Shown: one piece after another, positions 9,996-18,219 of the stretch | Position numbering within the stretch: the stretch's first letter is position 1 | Layout of the letters: each line of letters starts with the position of its first letter | Virus record (IMG/VR): IMGVR_UViG_3300032332_000236 | Location: 1-30,729 of that record | Source of the DNA: a virus | Taxonomy: Duplodnaviria; Caudoviricetes | DNA: 30,729 nt | Strand: one strand, 5' to 3' | Program-made: the position numbers and the translations under genes | Notes under the pieces: generated by a model | What the model was told of the DNA's origin: nothing | Database searches by the model: none | What the model saw: the letters and a program-made list of their open reading frames with translations, nothing else

Positions 9996-12355
9996 TGACT
10001 TTACCTGTCGTATTTACAGCTAATGGGCCGTCAGGCTATAACTTAACTAAATCTTTAAGGTTTAGGGCTAGTGCTTCTGCTTATTTAAATCGTACTCCTG
10101 CAAGTGCTGGCAATTTACAAACTTGGACATATAGTGTTTGGGTCAAGCGTGGATTATTAACTAGCGGTGGTTCTTTGCAATTATTGTCTATTGGTGCGGC
10201 AAGTAACGCAAGAACTGAGTTATTTTTTGACCCAACTTCTATAGACTTGTTTAGTAATAATGCTGGTAGCACTATGGAAGTTACTACAAGTGCTGTATAT
10301 CGTGACGCTTCAGCTTGGTATCATATTGTTGTTGCCGTAGATACTACACAAGCCACAGCTTCAAACCGAGTAAAAATGTATGTTAATGGTTCACAAATAA
10401 CAGCATTTTCAGCCGCTAATTACCCTAGCCTAAATTACAATACTTATGTAAATTCAGCAGGACTTCATGCTATTGGCAGACAACAAAATGTGGCATCAAA
10501 CTATTTTGATGGTTACATGGCTGAAATTAACCTAATTGATGGTCAGCAATTACCAGTAACTTCTTTTGGTTCATTCAATTCATTAACTGGTGTATGGCAA
10601 CCAGTTAAATATGGTGGTTCATACGGCACTAATGGTTTTTATTTGCCATTTACCAACACTACAAGCACAACTACATTAGGTTACGACTTTAGCGGTAATA
10701 GCAATAACTGGACTACCAATAACCTAAGTCTTACTACTGGTAGCACTTACGATTCAATGACTGATGTACCTACATTGACAAGTGCAACAACAGCTAACTA
10801 TGCGGTTATTAATCCTTTAATTTATCGTTATACTTCTGGCAATTCAACATTTAGCAATGGCAATTTAACTATTACAGGTTTAAACACTGGTAATAGTCAT
10901 TTTCAATTAGCTTCTATTGCTATCCCATCTTCTTCAAGTAAGTTTTACTGGGAAAATACTTTAGGAACTACGTCATCAGGAACATATTTAGGTATTACTC
11001 AATTTTCAAATTTTCAATCAGCAAATTGGGATGCTTGGTACGACACAATTAATGGAGTTATTTATAAAGGAGCGTCATCGTTTGCTTCAGTAGCTACTGC
11101 GGCATCAGGTGATATTGTTGGTATTGCTTATGATTCAACTGCAAATACTTGTGCTTTTTATAAAAATAATACATTACTAACAACTGTTACAGGATTAACT
11201 GCGGCTGAACAAGTGCCTTTAATGTGTACCAGACAGGCATCAGTCCTTAACTTAAACTTTGGTCAACAACCATTTACCTACACCCCACCAACAGGCTTTG
11301 TAGCACTCAATACTTTTAACTTACCTACTAGCACTATTGTTAAAGGTAATACAGTAATGGATGCTACTTTATATACTGGAACTGGAAGTGCATTATCTGT
11401 AACTAATACGGCTGGATTTAAACCTGATTTGGTTTGGATTAAAGGTAGAAGTTTTACTTCTTTTAACGGCTGGATTGATAGCAATAGAGGTAGGGCTTTT
11501 GATTTATATTCAAATTCAACAAGTGCAGAAGAAACTTCAGGTAGCACAGAAGATTTAACATCATTCAATACCAATGGATTTTCTTTAGGTACATCCGCAA
11601 GGTTTGCTTCTAATAATAGCGGCCAAACTTATGTCGGCTGGCAATGGCAAGCTGGTCAAGGTTCATCATCATCTAATACAAGTGGTTCTATTACATCCAC
11701 AGTAAGCGTAAATGCTTCTGCTGGATTTAGTATTGTTACTTATACAGGTAGCGGTCTAAATGCTACTGTAGGTCATGGTTTAGGTGTAGCACCATCATGG
11801 GTGATTGTTAAAGGTCGTAATCTTGGTTCTACTAACTGGTTTATTTACACCGCTACACAAGGTGCTACTAAGTATTTAGACTTTTCAAGCGGCACAGGCG
11901 GTACAGATTCTTCTGCATGGAACAACACAGCCCCTACAAGTTCTGTATTTAGCGTTGGTACTTCTTACTATACAAACTTTGCTCTTACTACTTATGTAGC
12001 CTATTGCTGGGCAGAAATTGCTGGCTTTAGTAAGTTTGGTAGTTATACAGGTAATGGTTCTACTGATGGGCCATTTGTATATACAGGATTTAGACCAGCT
12101 TTTATTATGATAAAGCGTACAGATACAGGTGGCACAGATTGGGTAACTATGGACAATAAGCGTCTTGGCTACAATGTAACTGATGTTGCTTTAAACCCAA
12201 ATGCAAACTATGCAGAAAATTCAGGATATGCAACAGATTTTACATCCAACGGCTTCAAATTAAGAACTACAACAAGTTTCTTAAATGGCTCTGGTGCTAC
12301 TTACATTTACATGGCATTTGCCGAAAACCCCTTTAAAAACGCTTTAGCGAGGTAA
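9995..12355 (+). CDS. Receptor-binding fibre: ConA/LamG-like lectin, SPRY-like and C-terminal repeat domains
   Basis: TWTYSVWVKRG, YRDASAWYHIVVAVDTTQ, YFDGYMAE (LamG-like); KFYWE, GDIVGIAYD, LNFGQQPF (SPRY-like); repeated YTG.G and GF.P..I.IK motifs. Confidence 0.8.
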   Translation: MTLPVVFTANGPSGYNLTKSLRFRASASAYLNRTPASAGNLQTWTYSVWVKRGLLTSGGSLQLLSIGAASNARTELFFDPTSIDLFSNNAGSTMEVTTSAVYRDASAWYHIVVAVDTTQATASNRVKMYVNGSQITAFSAANYPSLNYNTYVNSAGLHAIGRQQNVASNYFDGYMAEINLIDGQQLPVTSFGSFNSLTGVWQPVKYGGSYGTNGFYLPFTNTTSTTTLGYDFSGNSNNWTTNNLSLTTGSTYDSMTDVPTLTSATTANYAVINPLIYRYTSGNSTFSNGNLTITGLNTGNSHFQLASIAIPSSSSKFYWENTLGTTSSGTYLGITQFSNFQSANWDAWYDTINGVIYKGASSFASVATAASGDIVGIAYDSTANTCAFYKNNTLLTTVTGLTAAEQVPLMCTRQASVLNLNFGQQPFTYTPPTGFVALNTFNLPTSTIVKGNTVMDATLYTGTGSALSVTNTAGFKPDLVWIKGRSFTSFNGWIDSNRGRAFDLYSNSTSAEETSGSTEDLTSFNTNGFSLGTSARFASNNSGQTYVGWQWQAGQGSSSSNTSGSITSTVSVNASAGFSIVTYTGSGLNATVGHGLGVAPSWVIVKGRNLGSTNWFIYTATQGATKYLDFSSGTGGTDSSAWNNTAPTSSVFSVGTSYYTNFALTTYVAYCWAEIAGFSKFGSYTGNGSTDGPFVYTGFRPAFIMIKRTDTGGTDWVTMDNKRLGYNVTDVALNPNANYAENSGYATDFTSNGFKLRTTTSFLNGSGATYIYMAFAENPFKNALAR

Positions 12356-12357
12356 TC

Positions 12358-12876
12358 ATGTTTTATTGCACACAAAACCAACAATACATTAACGAAGGTA
12401 CAGCCTTTGAAATCAATGGCGTACAGTACCCAGCTAATTGGTTAAATCTGTCCACACCTGAAGAAAAAGCTGAAGTAGGCTTAGAAGAAGTTGTGGCTAC
12501 CAATAGCCCTGCTGACCAAACCTATTACTGGGTAAGTGAAACATTAAGCGAAGCAACGCTTACTTACACAAATACACCAAAAGACCTGTTACCAGTTAAA
12601 ACGAGTGCGTTAAATCAAATCAACGCTACTGCTTACTCTATTCTTTTGCCTACCGATTGGATGGTAGTCAAAGCTGTTGAAACTAGCACCCCTATCAACC
12701 CATCTTGGAATACTTGGCGGCAATCTATCCGCACTACTGCACTAAACGCTACAAATGGCGTAGAAGGTGCGGCTGATGTGGATGCGGTAGCTACTGTTAT
12801 GGGTTCTATTGTTTGGCCTAAAGACCCTAACCAAGTAGCTTTAGATGCGGCACAAAATACATCCCAAGAGGCTTAA
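12358..12876 (+). CDS. Tail fibre assembly chaperone-like protein
   Basis: QYPANWL, LLPTDWMVVK..E and WP.DP motifs; follows the fibre gene. Confidence 0.6.
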   Translation: MFYCTQNQQYINEGTAFEINGVQYPANWLNLSTPEEKAEVGLEEVVATNSPADQTYYWVSETLSEATLTYTNTPKDLLPVKTSALNQINATAYSILLPTDWMVVKAVETSTPINPSWNTWRQSIRTTALNATNGVEGAADVDAVATVMGSIVWPKDPNQVALDAAQNTSQEA

Positions 12877-12877
12877 T

Positions 12878-13033
12878 ATGAACTTTACATTTACCTGGAT
12901 ATTAGATAAGTTTGGCTTTCAACCTAAAATTGAAACCTTTGACTTTCCTATTAAATCAGAAATTAAACCTGCTGCTAAAAAGCCTGCCACCAAGAAATCA
13001 GCAGCTAAAAAAACTGTACGAAAGAAAGCGTAA
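12878..13033 (+). CDS. 51-aa cationic peptide with PAAKK-type repeats
   Basis: ATG at 12878 with AGAGG RBS (preferred over 12845). MNFTFTWILDKFGF...KPAAKKPATKKSAAKKTVRKKA. Confidence 0.7.
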   Translation: MNFTFTWILDKFGFQPKIETFDFPIKSEIKPAAKKPATKKSAAKKTVRKKA

Positions 13034-13035
13034 TC

Positions 13036-13218
13036 ATGCCTAGCCTAACTGACAAAGAAATAGAGGACATTGTTGAAAAAGTAACTGAAAGAGTTATTGA
13101 AAATGTCTATACCTCTGTTGGTAAGTCGGTTGTTACCAAATTTTTTTGGTTTGTAGGTATTGCCGCAATAGGTATTGTTACTTATCTAGCTGGCGTAGGC
13201 CATATCAAGGTGGGCTAG
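13036..13218 (+). CDS. Small single-TM membrane protein in lysis region
   Basis: 60 aa; hydrophobic FFWFVGIAAIGIVTYLAGV segment. Confidence 0.7.
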   Translation: MPSLTDKEIEDIVEKVTERVIENVYTSVGKSVVTKFFWFVGIAAIGIVTYLAGVGHIKVG

Positions 13219-13222
13219 TAAT

Positions 13223-13678
13223 GTGGCAGACCCATTCGGAATATCTGAAGGTGTCAAAAGCCTTACAGGAAGCCTTGAAGCAAGTAGAACCGCAAGCAAA
13301 GGCTTATCTGAATCTATTGAAAACATACAGCGAGATGGCCTGGATGTTGCTAACAAACAAGCCCAAGAAAGACTAAGGGCAAGACGAGAAGCAGAGTTTA
13401 GGAAAGAAAGGGCATTAATTAAAGCCCTAGACTCTTGGAAACATAAAAAACAAATAAGTGATGAAGAAGCCAAGCTAAAAATAGATTTTGTAAAAAAGTA
13501 CGGTGCAAAAGAATGGGAAGCAGTCCTTAAAATTAAACTGGACATCGAAAATATGCAACGCAAAGATAACGAAGAATTCCAACATGATTTAAAAGCAGTT
13601 AGACGGGTGCAAGTATGGTGTTTTATTGCTGCGTTAGTTGTTACTTTGTGGCTTAAATTTATCTTAGGAGCTTTTTAA
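13223..13678 (+). CDS. Coiled-coil protein with C-terminal TM helix
   Basis: 151 aa, GTG start; charged helical body then VWCFIAALVVTLWLKFIL; TAATG-coupled to the holin gene. Confidence 0.7.
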   Translation: MADPFGISEGVKSLTGSLEASRTASKGLSESIENIQRDGLDVANKQAQERLRARREAEFRKERALIKALDSWKHKKQISDEEAKLKIDFVKKYGAKEWEAVLKIKLDIENMQRKDNEEFQHDLKAVRRVQVWCFIAALVVTLWLKFILGAF

Positions 13679-14082
13679 TGTTTCCATTAGGCGCAATACT
13701 TGACATTGGCAGCAAGTTAATTGACAAATTCTTTCCTGACCCAGAACAAAAAGCCAAGGCACAATTAGAATTGTTGCAGATGCAGCAAAATGGCGAATTA
13801 GCGCAAATTAATGCTGATATTGCAGAACAACAAGAATTAACAAAACGCCAACAAGCGGATATGGCTAGTGATAGCTGGTTATCTAAAAACATTCGCCCTT
13901 TGACTTTAATATTTATTTTGGTGTTTTATGTGGTATTTGCCATGATGAGTGCTGGCGGCATTGACACAAACCAAAAATATGTAGAACTATTAGGACAATG
14001 GGGTATGCTAATTATGTCGTTTTATTTTGGCGGCAGAACCCTTGAAAAAATAATTGATATGAAGAATAAAGATGGCAAGTAA
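13678..14082 (+). CDS. Holin (3-TM, GTA-holin-like family)
   Basis: LIDKFFPDPEQKAKAQLEL, SDSWLSKNIRP and FYFGGRTLEK signatures; directly upstream of the endolysin. Confidence 0.85.
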   Translation: MFPLGAILDIGSKLIDKFFPDPEQKAKAQLELLQMQQNGELAQINADIAEQQELTKRQQADMASDSWLSKNIRPLTLIFILVFYVVFAMMSAGGIDTNQKYVELLGQWGMLIMSFYFGGRTLEKIIDMKNKDGK

Positions 14083-14584
14083 TTTTAAAGAATGTTTAGA
14101 GTTAGTATTAAAGTCTGAAGGTGGTTGGGTTAACCATCCTAGCGACCCAGGTGGCGAAACAAATCTAGGTGTCACCAAGGCTGTTTGGGAAGAGTATGTA
14201 GGTCATCCTGTAAAGACTATAAAAGACCTCACTAAAGACGATGTAGCGCCCTTGTACGAACTTAAATACTGGAGGACTTGCTACTGTGAAGTATTACCTA
14301 GAGGACTCGATTTTGTTGTCTTTTCAATGGGAGTTAACGCTGGGCCAGGAAGAAGCGTTAAGTTGCTTCAGCAGTCTATTGGCTGCGTACCTGATGGAGT
14401 TATCGGCCCAAGGACAAGAGAACTCATTTCATCCAGCAATGGCGCAGATATTATCGCAAAATTCTCTGAAACTAGACGGGAATACTACCGTTCATTAAAG
14501 ACTTTTCCTATTTTTGGTAAGGGATGGATTGCAAGAGTAGACAGAGAAGAAGCCGAAGCCCTTGATATGGCTAAAAATGGCTAA
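14072..14584 (+). CDS. Endolysin, glycoside hydrolase family 108 with peptidoglycan-binding domain
   Basis: EGGWVNHPSDPGGETNLGVT catalytic motif; DGVIGPRT; FGKGWIARV. Confidence 0.92.
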   Translation: MASNFKECLELVLKSEGGWVNHPSDPGGETNLGVTKAVWEEYVGHPVKTIKDLTKDDVAPLYELKYWRTCYCEVLPRGLDFVVFSMGVNAGPGRSVKLLQQSIGCVPDGVIGPRTRELISSSNGADIIAKFSETRREYYRSLKTFPIFGKGWIARVDREEAEALDMAKNG

Positions 14585-14787
14585 CGAACACGCATTACTT
14601 TAGCTTTTTTCATTACTAATTCGTATTCTTTTCTAGCTTGGTCATCAAGTTTGCGTAATGGCAATTCTTGATAATGCTTCCACTTGGCTAAATATTCTGG
14701 CAATTCAGACGGTGGAATCCAACCAGCTAACTTCCAGCGCACAGTAATGTCTGTGCCTACAGGCGTGTATATGTATTCGTTATTCAT
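14581..14787 (-). CDS. Hypothetical protein (68 aa)
   Basis: Start reassigned to ATG 14787 (GGAG RBS, ATGA overlap): MNNEYIYTPVGTDITVRWKLAGWIPPSE. Confidence 0.7.
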   Translation of the reverse strand: MNNEYIYTPVGTDITVRWKLAGWIPPSELPEYLAKWKHYQELPLRKLDDQARKEYELVMKKAKVMRVR

Positions 14788-14879
14788 CTTTTCTCCATCC
14801 AAATTAACACAATAATAGCCATTACACCTATCCAAGCTATCATTCCCGATAAAGCAAAAAAACCAATAAATAGTGTCAT
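14784..14879 (-). CDS. 31-aa single-TM peptide (not in ORF track)
   Basis: MTLFIGFFALSGMIAWIGVMAIIVLIWMEKR; ATGA overlaps at both ends. Confidence 0.6.
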   Translation of the reverse strand: MTLFIGFFALSGMIAWIGVMAIIVLIWMEKR

Positions 14880-15043
14880 TTTTTACCTTTCTTCGCTGGC
14901 ATTTTGTACTCAGTAATAGCTTGTTTAAGCATTTCAATGATGCCGTACTGCACCATTATTTCTAGGCCTGCTTTGTCAAAATGTACTAATGCGTCTGCTG
15001 ACCCATCTTCATTTTCTTTAACTATTTCAATCCTGATGTCCAT
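14876..15043 (-). CDS. Hypothetical protein, 55 aa (not in ORF track)
   Basis: MDIRIEIVKENEDGSADALVHFDKAGLEIMVQYGIIEMLKQAITEYKMPAKKGKK; fills the gap in a tightly packed operon. Confidence 0.7.
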   Translation of the reverse strand: MDIRIEIVKENEDGSADALVHFDKAGLEIMVQYGIIEMLKQAITEYKMPAKKGKK

Positions 15044-15239
15044 CTTGTGCCTTTCTTAGTATTGCTTTAGCAAAATCAATAACACCTTCTGCCGTATTTA
15101 CTGGTCGCTTCATCCACACTTCTTTTATTTCCTCATCTGTTAGTGTCTTTAATTGTGGCGAACAAGTATGAATAGAATCACTCGTAACTCTTTGCCCACA
15201 ATCTAAACAAGAAGTCCACACTACTGGTTCATTGTTCAT
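15027..15239 (-). CDS. Hypothetical protein with CxxC...HxC and LTDEEI motifs
   Basis: MNNEPVVW..CLDCG..HTCSPQ..LTDEEI..FAKAILRKA, a common small early phage protein pattern. Confidence 0.65.
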   Translation of the reverse strand: MNNEPVVWTSCLDCGQRVTSDSIHTCSPQLKTLTDEEIKEVWMKRPVNTAEGVIDFAKAILRKAQDGHQD

Positions 15240-15513
15240 CTTGTTCTTCTTTTTCAAACAAATCTACAATACCCATCTGTTCTTTAGCCCTAATTGATTT
15301 CATATAGTTTTTAAGGGCTTTATCATCTTCTTTAAATATCTTGTTAAACATATGTCTAGTAGGCTGCCTTACTGTATATGGTTCAAATCTGCCATGTAGC
15401 ACATAGTAACTAAATGCCCTACAAGCCCATTCATATTCCCTACAATCTTCTGTTTGGCTGCATTTGTCGCATGGGGCTTCACCCTCAAAAATTCTGCGTA
15501 CATACTCATCCAT
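15229..15513 (-). CDS. Hypothetical Cys-containing protein
   Basis: 94 aa; PCDKC....C......C pattern; TAATG coupling. Confidence 0.65.
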   Translation of the reverse strand: MDEYVRRIFEGEAPCDKCSQTEDCREYEWACRAFSYYVLHGRFEPYTVRQPTRHMFNKIFKEDDKALKNYMKSIRAKEQMGIVDLFEKEEQDEQ

Positions 15514-15728
15514 TACCTTGTCCTTGCACGGTATTCATAGCAGGCTTCCTGGGCATCTTCTAAAAACTTATCCCAACCGCCTAATTCAATAATCATTTCT
15601 AATACATTAATGTCCGTGTCGGTAATATATATTTCGCATATATCCTCATCACCATAGCCGTGTACATCTACAGATGTGTCACCAACATATAACCAACCCA
15701 TGTACGGTGCTTTTTTGTCTTTTGTCAT
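15513..15728 (-). CDS. Hypothetical acidic protein
   Basis: 71 aa; AAAGGGGAA RBS; first gene after a promoter cassette. Confidence 0.7.
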   Translation of the reverse strand: MTKDKKAPYMGWLYVGDTSVDVHGYGDEDICEIYITDTDINVLEMIIELGGWDKFLEDAQEACYEYRARTR

Positions 15729-15812
15729 TTAATTCCCCTTTGTTGATGTAATGAGTTTCTTAGAGATTGCAATAGAAGTCACTAAGTATTTACACCTATG
15801 TTGTTTTTATAC
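15729..15812 (-). promoter_or_regulatory. Phage-specific promoter/leader cassette, copy A
   Basis: Minus strand: GTATAAAAACAACA-TAGGTGTAAATACTTA-GTGACT-N17-GAAACT ... AACAAAGGGGAATTAA-ATG; matches 18738-18816 block by block. Confidence 0.65.
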
Positions 15813-15846
15813 CAATTTATACCAATGTATAGCGCTGTATATTTTT

Positions 15847-15932
15847 GGGTTGTATTTGGCAGTTGCTATCAATGGGCGAGAAAGCCGCAAAATTACCCAA
15901 TTACTGCATCCTACATTGGCGGCTTAACACCC
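15847..15932 (-). ncRNA. Candidate pseudoknotted structured RNA (86 nt)
   Basis: Nested pairings GGGU/ACCC, UGUA/UACA, GCAGU/ACUGC, UGGGU/GCCCA plus a 7-bp pseudoknot AAGCCGC/GCGGCUU; intergenic. Confidence 0.55.
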
Positions 15933-15994
15933 TTATAAATGTCTTATTTTTGCATGATTTTTTATTGAAATTTCATGCACTTAAAAGCGTTTTT

Positions 15995-16061
15995 AAAAAA
16001 GGTGGGGGCGGTCTGCACGGACAAACATGGTAGGTGAAAAGGGGAAAATCACCTCGCCCCC
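15995..16061 (-). ncRNA. Three-way-junction RNA / terminator with C-rich loop
   Basis: GGGGGCG/CGCCCCC closing stem, AGGUGA/UCACCU hairpin with loop UUUUCCCCUUU, small GUC/GAC hairpin, then UUUUUU; just after the exonuclease stop. Confidence 0.6.
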
Positions 16062-16066
16062 GTTGA

Positions 16067-16813
16067 TTAGTTTAACCCAGTTTTGAGTTTGTATATTTTT
16101 AATAAAGACAAGAACATTTCATACCCATCTCGAATGTTTTGTTCGCTATGTTCGTAAATTGCTACTTCGTTAGTTGTTCCATTGATGTAGACATTGGCGC
16201 ATCGTGCAGCAGGCGCTAAAACCTCTCTGTAAGCTGCTAACTGTAGTGTATGCTCTAGGTAGGGTGTTAAATCACCAGGGGATTTTTCCGTAGTTTTAAA
16301 GTCAATTACGACCCCATTGAAATCATGCTTTGGCTTGGCATATAAGTCACACTTACCGCCATAGCCTTCTTGGTTGACTAAAGACTGTTCTGGAATCCAT
16401 AGCTGTGCGCCAAAATGGGCTGTGATAGCCTCATCTACCTTACGGACATACGCTGGCATCTCTGGCATATATTCTTGGTTGTAGAACGCTTCTATGAAGT
16501 CATGTATAAGAGTACCCCTAGTCATGGCTTCTTGGGATTTTTGTTTGGCAATATATAGAATCCTATCTACATATTCTTTTTCAGGTTCTTCTAGACCCTT
16601 TGGGTTTTCTGATGCAGCTTTTATGGCTTCAGATTGCAACCATGTATTAAGGCCATCTTTTGATAGTTGTCCATTAATTGTAGATACGCTTGGGACAAGT
16701 GTACCTGGGTTTGCTTTGGCATCCCTGAGTGTAGTGTTTCTTTCTTTACCGTTTTTGCCAATGGTTGTATAGCGTGGCGAGCCTGTAACGGCATCATACC
16801 AATGCTGTGACAT
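16067..16813 (-). CDS. PD-(D/E)XK exonuclease (Cas4/RecB-like phage family)
   Basis: PSVSTI, RGTLIH, E...GYGGKCDL, IDFKT, QLAAY motifs; beside SSB-like and Erf genes. Confidence 0.85.
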   Translation of the reverse strand: MSQHWYDAVTGSPRYTTIGKNGKERNTTLRDAKANPGTLVPSVSTINGQLSKDGLNTWLQSEAIKAASENPKGLEEPEKEYVDRILYIAKQKSQEAMTRGTLIHDFIEAFYNQEYMPEMPAYVRKVDEAITAHFGAQLWIPEQSLVNQEGYGGKCDLYAKPKHDFNGVVIDFKTTEKSPGDLTPYLEHTLQLAAYREVLAPAARCANVYINGTTNEVAIYEHSEQNIRDGYEMFLSLLKIYKLKTGLN

Positions 16814-16845
16814 ATGTTTCCCCTTATGTACATTTTATTGTGTAG

Positions 16846-17046
16846 TTAATTACACATTTTTAAAATTGCTTCTCTTTCGGCTGCATCTGTTACTTTGTCA
16901 GCAGCGACTCTGACAACCGTATTAATAACACTAACCAACCCCTCAGTAGTCATAGATATTAACTGCCTTGTTTCATCAACATGAAAGTCCTCATCGTGAA
17001 TTGACTCAATGTTTTGTTGAATAATGTCATTAATAGCGGTTTTCAT
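16846..17046 (-). CDS. Hypothetical protein
   Basis: 66 aa; AGAGGA RBS. Confidence 0.65.
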   Translation of the reverse strand: MKTAINDIIQQNIESIHDEDFHVDETRQLISMTTEGLVSVINTVVRVAADKVTDAAEREAILKMCN

Positions 17047-17054
17047 ATTATCCT

Positions 17055-17309
17055 CTAAAAGGGTACATCATCTTCAATGGTGTTTTTAGGCAACTCATTA
17101 CTGCCTGCTTCAGTAAAGCCTTTAGGTTGTTTTTCTTTGCCAATAGATATGCTAAAAAACTTGCCCTTTGTGCCTTCCTTAACCCACGCAGATAGATAGT
17201 GTTCACGGTTATTGACCATAATGCTGCCTGTATAGTCTGGGTGATTTTCAGTCGTTTTGCGGTCATTTTTAAATAAACTCCCAGAACCTTCTTTTGGTAC
17301 ATATGCCAT
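17055..17309 (-). CDS. Single-stranded DNA-binding protein-like (small OB-type, acidic tail)
   Basis: GSLFKN.RK...HPDYTG...LSAW motif and C-terminal EDDVPF resembling the SSB tail; between Erf and exonuclease. Confidence 0.75.
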   Translation of the reverse strand: MAYVPKEGSGSLFKNDRKTTENHPDYTGSIMVNNREHYLSAWVKEGTKGKFFSISIGKEKQPKGFTEAGSNELPKNTIEDDVPF

Positions 17310-17311
17310 GA

Positions 17312-17740
17312 TTAAATATCCTTTGCTTTTACTACTGGTTTAGGTGACGAAGCGGCATTACCGTCATCGTCTGCTTGTACAACACCAACTACCGCAGCAA
17401 GGCTATAGCGCCTCATATACGATAAACAACTGCCCGCACCCTGGGCATCTACTTTTGACATAGGCACAGACATTTCTTGGCTAATCCATTCACCAGAAGA
17501 ATGGGCCAAAATTGTTGTAAGAGACATAGACTTGTCTAAATCTGAATAAGTCCCAGGGAATTGAGCCACAGCCAAATTGTTGTCAGCCAACAAATCACGG
17601 CAAGCATCCCAAACAGACTCAAGGTCAGCATATTTACTTTTAAAAAAAGGATTAGCAGAATCTTTCTTAGCATAGGTCAGTTTGCCTTGTACGATTGATA
17701 ATGCTTTGGTTAGGTTAGCAATGCTTTCACTCTGTAGCAT
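17312..17740 (-). CDS. erf: ERF-family single-strand annealing protein
   Basis: NPFFKSKYADL, HSSGEW, QGAGSCLSYMRRYSL...DDDG signature. Confidence 0.92.
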   Translation of the reverse strand: MLQSESIANLTKALSIVQGKLTYAKKDSANPFFKSKYADLESVWDACRDLLADNNLAVAQFPGTYSDLDKSMSLTTILAHSSGEWISQEMSVPMSKVDAQGAGSCLSYMRRYSLAAVVGVVQADDDGNAASSPKPVVKAKDI

Positions 17741-17912
17741 AATTTTTCTCCCTATGTTTTTGCAAAACAGAATCGTATTCTTCTGTCAAAATTCCTATTG
17801 CGTCTTTAAGAATGTCAGCTTTCATAAGCCAATCCTGTTCTTGAAATTCAGATGAATAAGAAATAACTGTTTCATCATGCTCTAACCAACGCACATCAAA
17901 TGCTTTAATCAT
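17727..17912 (-). CDS. Hypothetical protein
   Basis: 61 aa; GGAGG RBS; overlaps both neighbours. Confidence 0.65.
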   Translation of the reverse strand: MIKAFDVRWLEHDETVISYSSEFQEQDWLMKADILKDAIGILTEEYDSVLQKHREKNYATE

Positions 17913-18109
17913 TTTGTACCTCCAAAAATTGTGCCAAAGTCATTAAACATTTCTGTTAATACAACATTTTTGTTGTGTTTTGGTTTGCCACACGCTTGAC
18001 GAATACAGTCAACTTGCTCTTGTGTAAGCTCGCCACCGTACTCCATGTCATCGAGCGATGACTCTAAAAACTCTTCGTGTTCTAGCATTAGTTGGTTTAA
18101 TTCACCCAT
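17909..18109 (-). CDS. Hypothetical protein, first gene of leftward operon
   Basis: Start reassigned to ATG 18109 (AAAGGGGA RBS): MGELNQLMLEHEEFLE. Confidence 0.7.
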   Translation of the reverse strand: MGELNQLMLEHEEFLESSLDDMEYGGELTQEQVDCIRQACGKPKHNKNVVLTEMFNDFGTIFGGTK

Positions 18110-18219
18110 ATAAATCCCCTTGAATGGCATAGCAAAATTGCTATAAAAGAATATTAACACAAGTAAATTAAAAAAGTAAAGTGTATGCAAATAAACAACA
18201 TATAGGTTAAACTTCGTGA
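18110..18219. promoter_or_regulatory. Divergent promoter region
   Basis: Rightward ATGCAA(18185)-N17-TAAACT(18208-18213), 6 nt before the ATG. Leftward TTTACT...TGtTAATAT. Inverted repeat ATAGCAA-AA-TTGCTAT at 18129-18144. Confidence 0.6.

Noticed and set aside
9995-12355. Diversity-generating retroelement target in the receptor-binding protein
   Set aside because: No reverse transcriptase and no template/variable repeat pair seen in the window.
15845-16033. 62-aa plus-strand ORF in the track
   Set aside because: TTG start without RBS, opposite to the local gene direction, and it overlays the structured elements.
16067-16813. Cas4 implying a CRISPR system
   Set aside because: Context with Erf and SSB indicates a recombination exonuclease; no array or other cas genes.
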